A stretch of DNA of 64,000 nucleotides from contig NC_092678.1 of NCBI RefSeq assembly GCF_964355755.1, positions 4,232,422-4,296,421 on the forward strand. Reading direction: 5' to 3'. Of the stretch, positions 17,619 to 31,500 are shown in pieces. Below the pieces are notes generated by a model. It saw only the letters and a program-made list of their open reading frames with translations, did no database searches and was not told the DNA's origin. Every line of letters begins with the position of its first letter. Within the stretch, counting starts at the first letter, position 1. The position numbers were made by a program, and so were the translations under genes. The DNA is from Antedon mediterranea (lineage: Eukaryota; Animalia; Echinodermata).

Positions 17619-18568
17619 CAAATATATCATCATGTTAAATTCTCTGTTGTATACATGACATACATCATAAACTAGATAAGGCGTATGCCTACCACTAATC
17701 TGATAAGAACCACCATGTTATAATTTTACAATAAACCGAATTATTTGTCAATAAAATCCTCATAATTTGAGATTATTAAATATTATTCTTTTCGTTTATT
17801 TTAAAGCATTCACATCATTATTATTAATCAATGTAACAATCTACCAGAATTTATTATATTTAAAAGATATTTACAAACTATATTTTAAAAATTTTTTACA
17901 TTTTCAATACTCAAAAATAAATAGCTAAATATATAAGAGATATGATACCCCAGTTGTATAGCAACGACTTACGAGTTCTAATGAACATTTAAAAAACGTA
18001 ATAGGGCCTAAGTGACCTTTTTCTAGTGTTTAGTATAATTCCTGGATTTTATATCACAGGTAACTATCGATACATATACAACACTTAACGTTTCATCATA
18101 AACCTTATACAACAATAAACAATTGTCCTTGATACAGACTTCATGGGTTGGGGGTTTGGCTGTGTACTAGAATCGGGTGCAATATGTTCATGAGTTGCAT
18201 CGGTAGGCCTATGTTATTAATTTCATCAATAATTACTTTTATCTACAACAATGCTATTCTATATTAGAAAGACTTTATATCCTTATAGACTTGACAAAAG
18301 ACTAATGGTTTACTGCCAGAAAGCAAAATCTCCAACATCTGAACTATGTAAAATTGCAGGCATAGATGGCCACTATGAAAATAAATGACGGTAATGGCGT
18401 TCCATAGCTACACAATCGCTCATTCAATTAACTATTTATACATGTTTGTTTGTTTTGTATTAATTCAATACAGTATCTATGCTTATATTGTAAAGTTTAT
18501 TTGTTATTTATTTATGAATTGGAATGATAATTTCGTGGTTAGGTTCCTGTTTTGAATATTAATAGTGT

Positions 18569-21500
18569 TTACTGACTAGACATCTTTCCTATTCTAACAC
18601 ACAGTTTCCTTGCATCTAACGCCGACATACCAAGTTCCTTTAACATTTGTTCATCCAGTGCCAGTAACAGAGGCCCGTCGATGTTCTCAAGTCTGAAACT
18701 AGTTGCGTGTTTTTCTAACTTGATTTCTTTTAAGAATTTTTCCACTCCTGCTACTGTGTAAGTCTGTAGTTGATCCGCACACACCTTCATGCCTGGAGTC
18801 ATACCAGCGGCAGGACTGTTGTAAATATTCTGTGGCATCCCTGAAGGTGGTACTGGCAGAGGTCGATCTTCCGATATCGTATCGTAAATGTCTTCGTCTT
18901 TGTTCAGTAATGAGTCGATTTCTTGTTGAAGTGAATAAATATGGTGAACATGTTCCTCATTTTTACTTTTTGCTTCCTGCAATAAAGTGTTTTAGTTAAT
19001 ATTGAATGAAAGGTATTTTGAAGATTTATATCATTGTTATCTCGAAAAGAGGCCTATTTCGTCCTAGAAAAAAACTTCTTTTTACGGTATGAATTTTACT
19101 TACACGCAATTCTTTCTTTAAACCTGTTTCTTGTTTTCGAAAAGCTTCAATCATCTAAAAGAGAAAGCATAGAAAGTTTGCATTATTTTATGATGCTAAA
19201 TTTTACGCGTTTAAAGGAAGATCGATCATTGGAAATATTGCTTTTGCATATTTGAAAATAAAAAATAAAAGTTTAGACCTACTTGTAACTGCGAATCAAG
19301 CGTACGTTTTAGCTCTTGCATCTTTTTCGTCTGACTATTTGTAATGTCATCAATTTCCTCGTAACACCTAGAAAACACAACTGTATTCATTAAATGATTG
19401 AACCAGTGAGGAAAAACTGTTGATTGCTTATTGACAAAGTGACGTATGCATGCGATATGGAAATTTTTCGAACCACTACCCCGCTCTTATACCATCCGGA
19501 ACACGAGCGGTATATCATGTCAGCGACAATAAACAAACTCGCGTATTCTGACAGCAACTCTAAAAATCTACTGCGAAAGCTATCACGAATACACAAACTT
19601 GTAATATTAGGGAGCTTTAGATGTGTCGCGACGACCGACGAGCAAATCTAGGCCAATCGATGTGCCGTCGGTCGTCGCCTGGACCTATAAACCATCAAAC
19701 ATGTGTCGCGGTGAGAAGCGAGGATACACGTCCAACTATTCCCGCATGCACAATGAACTAACATGACGTAGTCAAAGGCTTCATAATATATAGAAATACT
19801 AAATATTAACTACTTACTCTAAATCATCTTCATCATCAGAAGGCGCGGTAAGTTTACTTTTATTAGTGTCTATTGGTTGTTCATAATCTAGTTCAACCGA
19901 TTGTTGTGGTGGGGGCGATGTCGGCGATTTTGCTGTCTTCAGCATCTTCGGTGATTGTGGAAGTTTGATCCCCATCATTTTACTTTTAATAATTGAAGTA
20001 TAACCCTTCTTGGGTGCTGAAGAGAACGACGGTTTATTTTCAAGTTTTGGTGGTGTCGTCACTTTTTGGTTTGGTTTAGGGGGTCGTGCAGGAGGCATAA
20101 TAGGTACATCTAGACGCTTTGGTACTTCTGGTGTAGATGTTTTGACAGTTTCGTAAAGATTTTTCCACATGTCAACTTCATTTTTTAAGTCTACAATTTG
20201 CCTTTTTATGTCCATTTCGTTCACTTTAGCCGCCTCTTGTACACACTCCTTCCCTATGAATAAAATTGAAAAATATTAAATTACAGTTACCATCTATCGA
20301 AGTGTAACAACTGAAATACGCATTACGTGATCAACAATTACGTATAATACAGTTAATTGTCCCTTAATGCAGTTGACTGTAAATGCAGTTAACTGAAAGA
20401 TAAATGTGAGAGGCAAACTTCTCATAAACAGAAGTGAGCAAACACAAGATTGGCTAAAGTTGTATGCCTCATAATGCTATTTGTAATATTTTAGTTAGAC
20501 AAAACTCAACTTAAAACTCAAATCATTTTCTTGCAAATTAAGATTGGCATATATAATATTCTAACCTTCGAAAGAGCTCAGCCAGGGCTGTAGTATTTCT
20601 TGGGCTGGTTGTGGAAACTGTCGAAATTGAGGTTGTAACGTAGATCGGCCGATTATATCTATGTGCCAAGTCGGATTGACGAGAGCGTACATAGGTGGTA
20701 GTGACTTCGCAACATGTCGAAAATTTCCTGTTGCTAACGTCATTTTAATTGGAATCTTCGAAGGGATTCCGAACACTTCTGGTTTTCCAGGTATTGTCAT
20801 GATCACGTGGTACTCCTTTTCGACACCCAGAAGTTTAATGATCTTCTCTGCTTTAATGTTTGGTCGGGTTGGATCGCTGCTTGGTATTCGAACTCTCTGA
20901 AAACACAAACAATGTTAATGCAATATTTGGGGTTGATAGAATAGGTGAAAATGACAGGACGTTCTGCGGAAAAGATATAAAATATGTAGGTCTACTCACC
21001 TGAGGGAAGTCATTTTGAATTATTTCCGTCATCGGGTGCAAATTTGCACTTAACTTTGTTGTGAAGTGCGCTGTCGTCATGCCTTGGTGTAAGTTTAAAT
21101 TATAGCCTTGTTGATTTTTTCCATAGACACACTGCAAACAAACAATAATAGAAATTTCACTGACGAATCAATTATTCGGCAATCAATGGAGACTACATCT
21201 CTGGAGCTGAAGAACATGGAACATCTGCCAAATAAGTTCACTGACATCATAGAATATATTTTTCTTTTTGTTTCTCAAGGAAATCTTGGTTTCTATATCC
21301 CACTTGACCAGAATATTGAGGGGATGACAATGAGTAATTTGTAACCATTATCGAATTATTTACATCTCATCTTAACTATAATATAAACTATAATATAAAC
21401 CGGAATACAAATGTGTATAATCAACGCTCAACAAGACTCTGCAAGCCTAGCTCCCTTCCTGAATAAGGGGTATCACCGGAATAGCAGCGTCTCATAGGAA

Positions 21501-23560
21501 GGGTATACTGCAATATCGTCTTTTATCTTACCATTCGTCCTCTGTGACGTTTTTCCTCTGGTGCGACGTCAACTCGATACAGCTCTAGTAAATCTTCATC
21601 GTCCACGCATTCTGTAGGATCAGCTGAGTAATAGTTTTCAATAACACGCACCATCGGCGGTAAAATGTTGGCCTTCAAAAGCGCTTCAACTCCTATGTAA
21701 AGGCGATCATCAACTCTTTCATCTATGAAGAAAACAAAGACAAATTTAACGCCGATATTTCTACAAAGCATGACAGTGTTGTTTCTTTAATATCTATGAA
21801 CTAGAGACCCAATAAAAAATATGCCTATTTAAATTATTGTAGTAATTGCAAGGAAGGAAGGAAGTAATAATTATTAGTCCACGAAGGAAGATAATATATT
21901 TAAGTAGGCCTATATGGAATCTATAAATTGCTTCACTTAATAAAAATTCTAGATTTTCAATGAGCACTTAGTAGGCCTACTCAGTTTTCTTAAACGACTT
22001 CACTTTAATTCCTGGTGTATCCTAAAAGCCAATTTTTACGGGTACATCTTATAGATGTTATTACGGCAATTCGACCTAAAAGAATACTTATATATCATTT
22101 AATGTTTTCATCATTGGAATCTTGCTCAATAAGTATTCACATTTAAATTAAATATTTGCTTGACGTTTGAAACCTGTTGATCGATAACATGAACTTTGTA
22201 TGCCTACAGAACAACGACGTGAAAAGTGTGTGTTGTGTTGGTACTAAAGTTTTGTTGTTTTTGGCAGAAGCAACCGTTTTAGGAAATTTAGCATTCATAA
22301 CATGAATTGATCCATCACGCTTTTTGTGTTCTTCTTTTATTTCATATCCAGGTAAATTCAATACCCCTTTACGTACAAATTCAATGGGACACTGTTTTAT
22401 TGTCACGGTTGAACTATTTGTAAAAATATTACACCATAGCAAAATATACGGTGATGCCACAAACATGATCGGGAACCCGGATATACTCTAAAATTTTAAT
22501 ATTTAAGAACAACATCGGATCCATCTTTAACGTTTAATTTGAAATTTAGGCGGATGTAAAAACCAATTGAGCTGACGTGGAATCACGTACTTCCACTTTC
22601 ATGAAAAATATTAATGGGCCCGGTTAACATATGTCAACAATGGCGGCAAAGGTGTGTGTAACTAACGTAAAATTGGCTCTCTTAAACATTACGATCCTCC
22701 ATTCAAAATGTTGAGACATATTCACACACCAAAGAAACATTAGTATTACTACTTATACATTAAGTAACAACTACAGTACTACATCTTATCACAGTTCATG
22801 TTGTCATCCATAAAATAATAGCTAATACACCCCTAATACACGATTAAATACTAAACAAAAAATAGTTTCAATGCAAGACATATACTGTAATTTCAGGCAA
22901 TTACGTAATGTGATCACAGCATATTGAAAAATAACGTTTGCCAATAATAAAGCCTAATACTGGTTCAATCAACCAAGAACCAAAAATAAAATTTGTAGCT
23001 AAAGTAGTAAATGTTTATTTAATAATTCCAGTACACACGTCCTGCAATAATGTTCACCCCTACTAAATCTACCACACCCTACTAAATCTACCACATCCCT
23101 ACTAAATATACCACACCCGTTATTTCATATATGCCTACAACACATATACTAAATATATATACAACATACCTATTGTCAACCGTTCGTAAACTTGTTCGGA
23201 TTGTATTGGTAGATATAAATCCCGTCCATCTTTGTCCACTGCGTGAACCACTTCTCTTTCTACTATCATATGGAGCATTAAAATCTGACCAGCTTTAAAA
23301 CCAACTACGTTACCATCGACTTCGAATTCCTCGGTAACCTGTACAAGTTGTGGAAGCAGTTTGCTACAGACAATCTCCTCCAAATTCGTAGGATTTTGAG
23401 CGATCTCATCTTCATCGAATTTCAATTTTACAGGCCTTGCTTTTTCAAACTTTGAGAATAACGATGGGTCCGGGGGATCGCCTTTTTTGGCGGGTTTTGC
23501 AACCCTGTCGACTCTCGGTGGCATACGAGGCATGTCTTCTATAGGGTATGATCTGTGCAT
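18569..23560 (-). CDS. GAREM/THEMIS-family adaptor: CABIT domain, coiled coil, PPARPPKP, C-terminal SAM; 7 exons, 657 aa
   Basis: Exons 23560-23170, 21722-21532, 21131-21000, 20896-20566, 20253-19818, 19367-19283, 18976-18569; GT-AG with consistent phases. Three CABIT-like barrel units (LPQLVQV..GQILMLH..LYLP; LPPMVRV; FPQRVRI..GIP), PxRPxK SH3 ligand, SAM motif ENIDGPLLLALDEQMLKELGM. Confidence 0.85.
23055..23117. repeat. Short ~20-bp tandem repeat (CCCTACTAAATCTACCACA), three copies
   Basis: Three adjacent copies visible in intron 1 of the CABIT gene. Confidence 0.8.
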
Positions 23561-24007
23561 GATTTGTTCCCAGTACAACACTCTACTTGAACTTCAGACT
23601 AAAAAAATAATCACAAGAACTTCCTTGTCTACTATTACATTTTATGTGCGCGTCAAGGTCCGTTGGTTAACACCAGTAGCATGTTCATTGTATTTATAAA
23701 GTGCACTTGAAGTAGTAAAAACCCAAGTTTCGTTTTGTAAATGACGTAAACAATTAGATACGAGGAACGAGTATCGACATTTCAAATTGTAATTGTATCA
23801 TCTATCCGAAATGTATTATTTTTAACAAACATACACATAGAAACATAGACAAACCGTTTGTCTGTGGTTTTGATCAGCAAATCAGATCCTTCGAATTGGA
23901 AATTACGTCACTCGGGTTATCTGTCGTATCGATCGCGCCATGTCGTAATAACCTTAAATATCAGAACATTAAGTGGGTGGATATTTTGAAAATATTGGAA
24001 TGGGAGT

Positions 24008-24182
24008 CAGTGGCGCAACGCCACTGGCTTAGGAACCCAAGCGGCCCTCCAACGCTGGAGGCCTTGAATGTTTTGAGCTTTTTTTCCGACATATTTTTTC
24101 CTCTGGACGCTGCTCAGGGGCTCTCATAAGATACGGTGCCCCTGGAGTTACCCAATGAGCGCTCATAGCCGTTAGTCTACTG
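24008..24182. mobile_element. Degraded hAT-like MITE
   Basis: GC-rich island with CAGTGGCG start and CTACTG end; imperfect 8-bp flanking duplication ATGGGAGT/ATGGGAAA. Confidence 0.35.
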
Positions 24183-25178
24183 ATGGGAAAGAGAATATGT
24201 GGATGCCGTGTGTAACATGTGGTCAGTTACACCAGCGATATGCCATTTGTACGGGCGGCCGGTTTGAATGTTCATTCATCTCCCATCATCATAAATCCTT
24301 GTCATTAATGCAATATACTAATATATTCATGTATTAAAAAGTTTAATAGGCAACAACTTCCAGTAAGTATATATTATATAATATATATTTATTTATTACT
24401 ACCGTCTTACTTTAAAAGTGATAAATAATTAATATATAGTTTGTCATTGTTTCAGAACTATGTTCTAAATGAATGGAGATAAAATTAAACCAAACCTGCT
24501 CAAGTTCAAATGATATGTTAATAACCAATCCATAGTAAGGAGTGAGATTCTCACAGATTTGTTTTATTATTAAAACATTACAAAAACACTAATTTTTTGG
24601 GGAAAACATCATTTTAATGATTGTATTTTCAATGTTTTTATTTCAGTGTATCAAAAAAAGTAGACAGAATCATCAATCCACAGCAGAAAAAAATTGTTAT
24701 CTCCAGAGAAAATTCTGTTGCATACAGTTCAATTTAAAAAAATCAACAGTATAGAGGGCAGTGTTAAAATAATGTACTTATGGAATAGAGTATCCTTAAT
24801 AAACACTGCATCTCTGTACATCATGGATTCAACATTTTTCAAACCAAATTCTAAAAGCTAAATATAATCATGCTAAAAATATCTGAAAACTATTTGCTGT
24901 TATATTGTTTTTTTAATTAAAACCTAAACATAGCGGTGAGAAGATGAAGAGAGATGTGAAAACAGTAAGTGTGGTAGTATACACTGAATGACACAAAGTA
25001 TAGGAACAAACAATTGCACATTATAAAGTATGTTTTCCACAGATGCTTATGCATGGCGTCAGCAAACTTTCCTCTTTACGACACTCTACACGACTATTTT
25101 TATTTTATTTATTTAGGCAAATTGCCAAGGATAACCATAAGAGAATTCATTCACTATCCTTCTTAAAGGTGGCAATCC

Positions 25179-25355
25179 GTTCACGAGACAAACATATACA
25201 CACGATGCTCTACATTAACAAAGTCTTATTACAAGTCTTTGGGAGTGGAGTTGTAAATTGTCATTAGAAAAAAATCCTGACATATGACAGGACTTGAACC
25301 CAGGACCCTTGGATTGGCAGCCAAGCATCGTATCCACCAGGCCACAACTCCACTC
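25179..25355 (-). mobile_element. tRNA-derived SINE (second family), copy 1
   Basis: Minus strand has A box TGGCCTGGTGG and B box GGTTCAAGTCC; homologous to 56286-56448. Confidence 0.8.
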
Positions 25356-25531
25356 CGCCACTATGCAACTTTTGAGTCATTCTGCACATGCAGTCGAGTC
25401 GAGTGTCGCTAATAAAATCAAAATAGACTACATTCAGCTACATTTGTTTTCGTAACAACATACCTATCTCGGTGCACTGATATGACATGCATAGGCTCAA
25501 GGAAAAGTGGAAAACATACGTTACTGTTACT

Positions 25532-28500
25532 TTAATAAATCGCGACTCGTTTGTCACGTTGTTTACTTCGAACCTTTGTCCGTGCTTTGAAAGCAGCTGC
25601 ATTATATTTCGTCTGAAAGTACAAAATGTTTCAACTTTATTTTCGCAGCTCTAAATTTTTGCAATTTGAAAAACATAGATATTAGATAATATTAAAAAAT
25701 TATGAAAAATACAATGAAAAGATGTAACGTTTTGTTATTAAGTGAAGTTGTGGTTGAGTTAATGAAAAATTATTTATGAAAAAAGTGCATTGAGTTGAGA
25801 ATAGAAACTCTAAAAAAATAAAATTCTACATACCCTTTCAAATTTGCTGCCTCTATTTGAATGAGCCACCAGGACAACTGGGGCACCAAGATCAAATATT
25901 TCACGTAGTAACTCGTTCTCTCGTAGGTGTGTGTTGATACCGGAAGATAATGCCTCACGAAAAACTCCATACTGACGTCTCCGCGACCAGCTGTCAATTT
26001 CGATGAATTCTGTGCCAAACTTTATCTGTTCAAAAGGTGCTTCATATTCCTGGATAAATAAAACATTTGAAAAAAATGTTAGAAAAACTTTTTCGACGGT
26101 AACAATTTTATGTATTTATTTTTTGTCATAATCATATCCATCTCATCTTAAAGTATGTATATGTATTAATTAACACATAGAAAAATAGTGGCCAAAATAG
26201 TTATTTCTAGTCAACTAGTCATAGCTGTTCAAAGTATGATTATCACGAACAACAACAAAGGGAATAACTTTAAGAAACATCCAATCTTTTGGAGTACTGG
26301 AGAGTGACATAGATAGTGATTGCACTGTTAATCTTTAGGGCACTCCATCCACACATGTTTGTATAATGTACGTGTACTCGCGGAAATTGTATAAAATAAT
26401 ATTATTACCTCTATTGTTCTGATGATATCTCTAAAACTGGATCTCTGTGTTCTTCTGTCTTTCTTTGCTCTGTATTTGTTGCTATCGGTGGCTAGTTCTT
26501 TTAACATACCTAAAAGGTCTTCTAAATTCTCACCAACAAATTCCTGAAAAAAAAATATAAAATTGGTACAGTTGCTATTTTTACTATAATATCATGTATC
26601 TGTCGATATTTGGCGTATCAGTACTAATTTATCTTCATTCAATTCCATCCATTTGAGTACACTGTGTGGCGTCAGCAGGATCTATTGAAATAAATCATCA
26701 TTTACACCAGACTTAATTTTAATTTCAAAACCGGAAATGTAAGAGTTTAGAATAGGGGGTAAAGAGGAAGAAAGAAATGAACTGGGAAATTACCTCATCA
26801 TTTTCTCGTTGTAGTTCGTAAAATAGAGCGATAGCTTCACCAGCTACTATTCTTAAATTTACATCTTCAATTTGCAGTAACTCAGGAAGTCTATCAAAAT
26901 GTCTGAAAAACAAATTTAATCATAACCATTATCTAGAAAGTAGAAAACTAGTAATAATGAACTAATGCTCTAGGCCCAAAAATACTCTAGAGCTAAAATA
27001 ACCTAAACATATACTCTATAAAGCTTTCCGAGAATTCTTGTGTTTTGAAAAATATTTGTGGAATGAACTTTAAAACGCATTCTGAAACTATTTATGAGTG
27101 ACCATAAGAATTTAATAATGAAACTCACGTGTATGTGATGCGTTCTATGTAAATTTGAGGTGCAATGGTTAATAGCAATGTCCATGCAGACAATGCAGCA
27201 CAATGTAATGAATGGATACCAGGACTATGCAACGGAACCGAACCATCACCCTTGAGGAAGGAAGCGCTGAACACCTGTGTCAGATTATCCATGATCTCAA
27301 TAACAACCTACAATGTAGAAAACAAATAGTGAATGGTTTTCAGATTAGACATACAGATGTTGGAAACTTATTTTTTAAAGCGGCACAGTATTACACCGGT
27401 GTTGAAAGAGCTTCACTGGCTGCCAGTGTGTAAGAGAATAACGTTTAAAATCTCGCTGATCACTTACAAAGCGTTACATGGGCTTGCCCCTGATTATATT
27501 CGCGAGCTCATTTCTGAATACATCCCGTCACGCTCTTTAAGGTCTGGTGATCAATTTCTTCTAACATTACCAAAATCATCCACTGCTTATGGTAGAAGGT
27601 CTTTTGCAGCAATAGCACCTTCATTATGGAACAAACTTCCACTCTTTGTGAGACTTGCTCCTTCAGTCAGTATTTTGAAATCACGACTGAAAGCCCATCT
27701 GTTCTCATCCGGTATTAATTAAATTATTCATTCATTCATTTATTCCTTCCCCGAAACCTTGACTCAGAAATACCGTGATGGTGTCCGGCGGGGGATAGTT
27801 TTACCTTAGTTAAGCTTTGTTACATTTTTTTTTTCACATTATTGATTGTCTCCATCCCCGAAACCTCGACTAAGAAATACCGGAATGGTGTCCGGCGGGG
27901 GATAGTTTATTACCATTAGTTAAGGTCCTATGTAAAGCACCTAGAGGGGTCAGTGATCCATTGGCGCTATATAAATATAAATTATTATTATTATTATTTT
28001 TTAAATCAAAGATCAAGAATGAATAGTTGGATTACCTGCATATCACCAGCAGCTATAAACGCACATAGTCCCAGAGTGGTGGCACACTACAAGAACAAAA
28101 TTGGGAAAATTATGCCAAATTTACTAATCAAAACTAAAGTAGAACACTTCTTATGGGACTATTCAGGGGACATCCATGGCAACTTTCATTACCGAAAAAA
28201 ATATTTTCTTTATAAATTAAAAATGGTAACGCCAAAAGGGTGCGAGTTCAATTGGGTAAACATTCACAAGACAGACTTGTTGAACAGAAAAGTAAGTGTG
28301 CATCAGTACTAATTTATCTTCATTCAATTCCATCCATTTGAGTACACTGTGTGGCGTCAGCAGGATCTATTGAAATAAATCATCATTTACACAAACAATT
28401 TCATATTGCAAACATTTTTTAATCGCAAAATAAATATTAATTGAAAACTTACAGCAGCACGCGCCTTTGGTGAAGCATTGTTATCGGCAAGAGTGGTTTG

Positions 28501-31500
28501 CAACAGCGTCCTCAACTTGTTAAACAGTTCTTCGCATTCAAGACCACCGCCAAGACTCAGGAAAACAAGGCCTGCAACATTTGCTGCAAGTGCCTGTTCA
28601 TCACCTTTACCTTTAAAATAAGAAAAACAAATTTGAATACAGTAGTACTATGCTTTGTATATGAGCATGACAATTTAGATATACAGTAGAACTAGTATGA
28701 AAACAACTTTTATTTTTGGCTTGCAAGATGGTCTTGTGGTGTAAACTACACCTTTCAGGAAAACCAGGCTTGCAACCTGCAACTGCCTGTTCATCACCTT
28801 TACCTTTAAATAGTAAAAGAAAATTTAAATACAGTAGTACTATGCTTTGAATGTGACAATTTAGATATATGACTATGAAAACAATTTTTATTATTAGATT
28901 GCAAGATGGTCTTTTGGTGTAAAATACAGCTTTTCTTGTTTTTTTATTGAGGTATTGTCAAAAATTAAAGCAAACTAGTATTGCTTATTTGTCTGGATTA
29001 GGTCCGAAGGAAACACTACAGGCAATTTGTTTGGGTCATATCCTGTATAACAACAATAGTAAGTTATGAAAATACTATTGTCTATCAATTCTGTACACAA
29101 TAGTAGACTTAGGTATAAAATCCTCAACCAACCTCCCACTACTTGTTTTCATGCCCCTAGTTGACATTACACTTCTAGATTGATACACGCTGAGATTGCT
29201 ACACATTGAGATTGTTATGTGTTTAAATTTAAAAGAATCCATGTTGCAATGTGTCTATGTTGCTACGCTCCTAGGTTGCTACACTTTACAATCATCACTC
29301 CTCTACATTTCTAGGTTGCTATGCTTTTAGATTGCTACACTTTTTAAGTTGCTACATTTCTAGGTTGCCACACTTCTGGATCGCTTCACTTTTAGATTGC
29401 TACGCTTCTAGATTGCTATGCTTTTAAACTACGCTTTTAAGTTGCTACGCTTCTAGATTGCTACACTTGCGGATTGCTTTACTTCCAGATTGCTACAATT
29501 TTAAGTTGCTAAACTTATAGATTGCTACATTTTAAAGTTGATACACTCTTAGTTTGCTACGCTTTTAAGTTACTACGCTTCTAGATTGCTACGCTTATAA
29601 ATTTCTACATTTGTAGATTGCTATACTTTTAGATTGCTACACCTTTAAGTTGCTACATTTTTAGGTTGCAACATTGCTCTGCTTCTAGATTACTACACTT
29701 TCATATTGCTACGCTTCTAGGTTGCTACATTTTAAATTGCTACGCTTCTAGATTGCTACACTTTTATAGTCTTGGTTGCTACGCTACGATTGTATTGGTC
29801 TAATAGTAATTATACAGGGATGCCTTATAATAGATGCCAACAATTTAAGCTTACCTTTTTTAATGCACCTCTCTGCGCAATCCAAGATGGTAACCTTCCT
29901 GCCGTCTACAAAGTCTTGCAGGTACTTCTTGCAAAGAGCAGCCTGAACAGCAGCTAAACACTTCTGCCTTCCTTGTGCACTGAATATCACAAATAATGTA
30001 AATAATTATAAATCCTATAATGTTTGCATGTATGATATTACATCAGTGTGTACAAATAGCCCAATGGTATAAGGTTTTTTGAAGAGTAAACTTCAAACAA
30101 GATCTGTACTATTTTTAGACTAATAATGCTTCTTGTTAGTACCTCTTTTGTGTAGTACCATCAATAGCGTCTTTCAACTTGTCTTCAAAATCTTCATTGG
30201 CAATCGATTCATCAATGCCGTCGTTAGCAGCAAGGAGGGCACCGTCATCAACGATGCTTCCTGGATCCGATATATGACTACTTGTGACACTCCCTGAGTC
30301 ATTGTCTGCCTCTTCTTCATTCATCTCATTCGCTCCACGACTTGCTCCTACAAAATAAAAACATAGCCATCGTAACATGCATAAATAACATGATATTTTT
30401 ATCGAATGGTGCATGTTATATAAAGAAATGCTTGTTTTTTTTTGCCTCAACATTAGATCAAATAAATATTGATTGTGGTTCAATCTTTTTAAAAACAATA
30501 TTAAAGGTGTATCAGTACTAGATTATCTTCATTCAATTCCATCCTTTTGAGTACACTGTGTGGCGTCAGCAGGATCTATTGAAAAAAATCATCATTTACA
30601 CCATACTATTATATTCATAATCATTTCATTTCTTTATTCGACAACAAGCGGTCCAGGGGTTGCGACAGCAACAGAGCGCCATAACACATTTGTGTCCGCA
30701 ACCCCTGTAACATACAACTTAATACAAGTTAAAAATGAATATAAAATATACAGAATATATAAAAAATTTAATTAATTTGTATTACTGTGTTACACAATTT
30801 AAAATACACCTATACAATTAAAATAAATTTAGCGTTTATCAAGCAGATATTTAACAGCAGTATTGAATTGAATTTTTACATTTCAGTACAGTAGCAGCAT
30901 TCAACTTGACGCAATAGCATGCAAGTATGTGAGTCGCATTATGTTGCTAATGTAAAGTCTAAGAACCCGAGTTAGTGTTACTGTACAGCAATTTATATAG
31001 GAATGTGTAGATGAACTTTATTTAACCTACACAAATATGGCTATCTATCCTATCTATCAATCTATCTATCTCTGAAACATAATTATGTTTACATTGTCTA
31101 TAAAGTTAATAGTTAACTATTTATATGATAAAAAATATACATGTGCATTTAATGGGGCCCCATATAATGTGCTTCAAATTGATAATGAAAACTGGGAGAA
31201 TTGATAATCTTCAATTGGATGAAAAAGAAAACAAGTTTTTTAGTGAATTGAAATGTAGTATATTAATAAAATAATTTTATGAATATGAATAAAAAATGAT
31301 TGAATTCATTAATACTTTGCAGAACTATGTAATTTGTTACAGTTTTTAATATGGTATACCATCCAAAATATTGAGCAATCAATAAAGCTAACAGATTACA
31401 GACATATTTCTCAACCATATGGAATTGTTGACTGTACATCACAAGTAATGGCCTTATGCATCTCAATCATTGGAAATAGTATTAAACAAATTAACGTTGA

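Noticed and set aside
26677-26690. snoRNA guide targeting the 28S 3' region (GAUCUAUUGAAA)
   Set aside because: Pairing breaks next to the D' box; the 18S match extends closer to the box and agrees with a known methylation site.
27333-27722. Stand-alone 129-aa host gene
   Set aside because: It is the ORF2 C-terminus of a truncated L2-type LINE.
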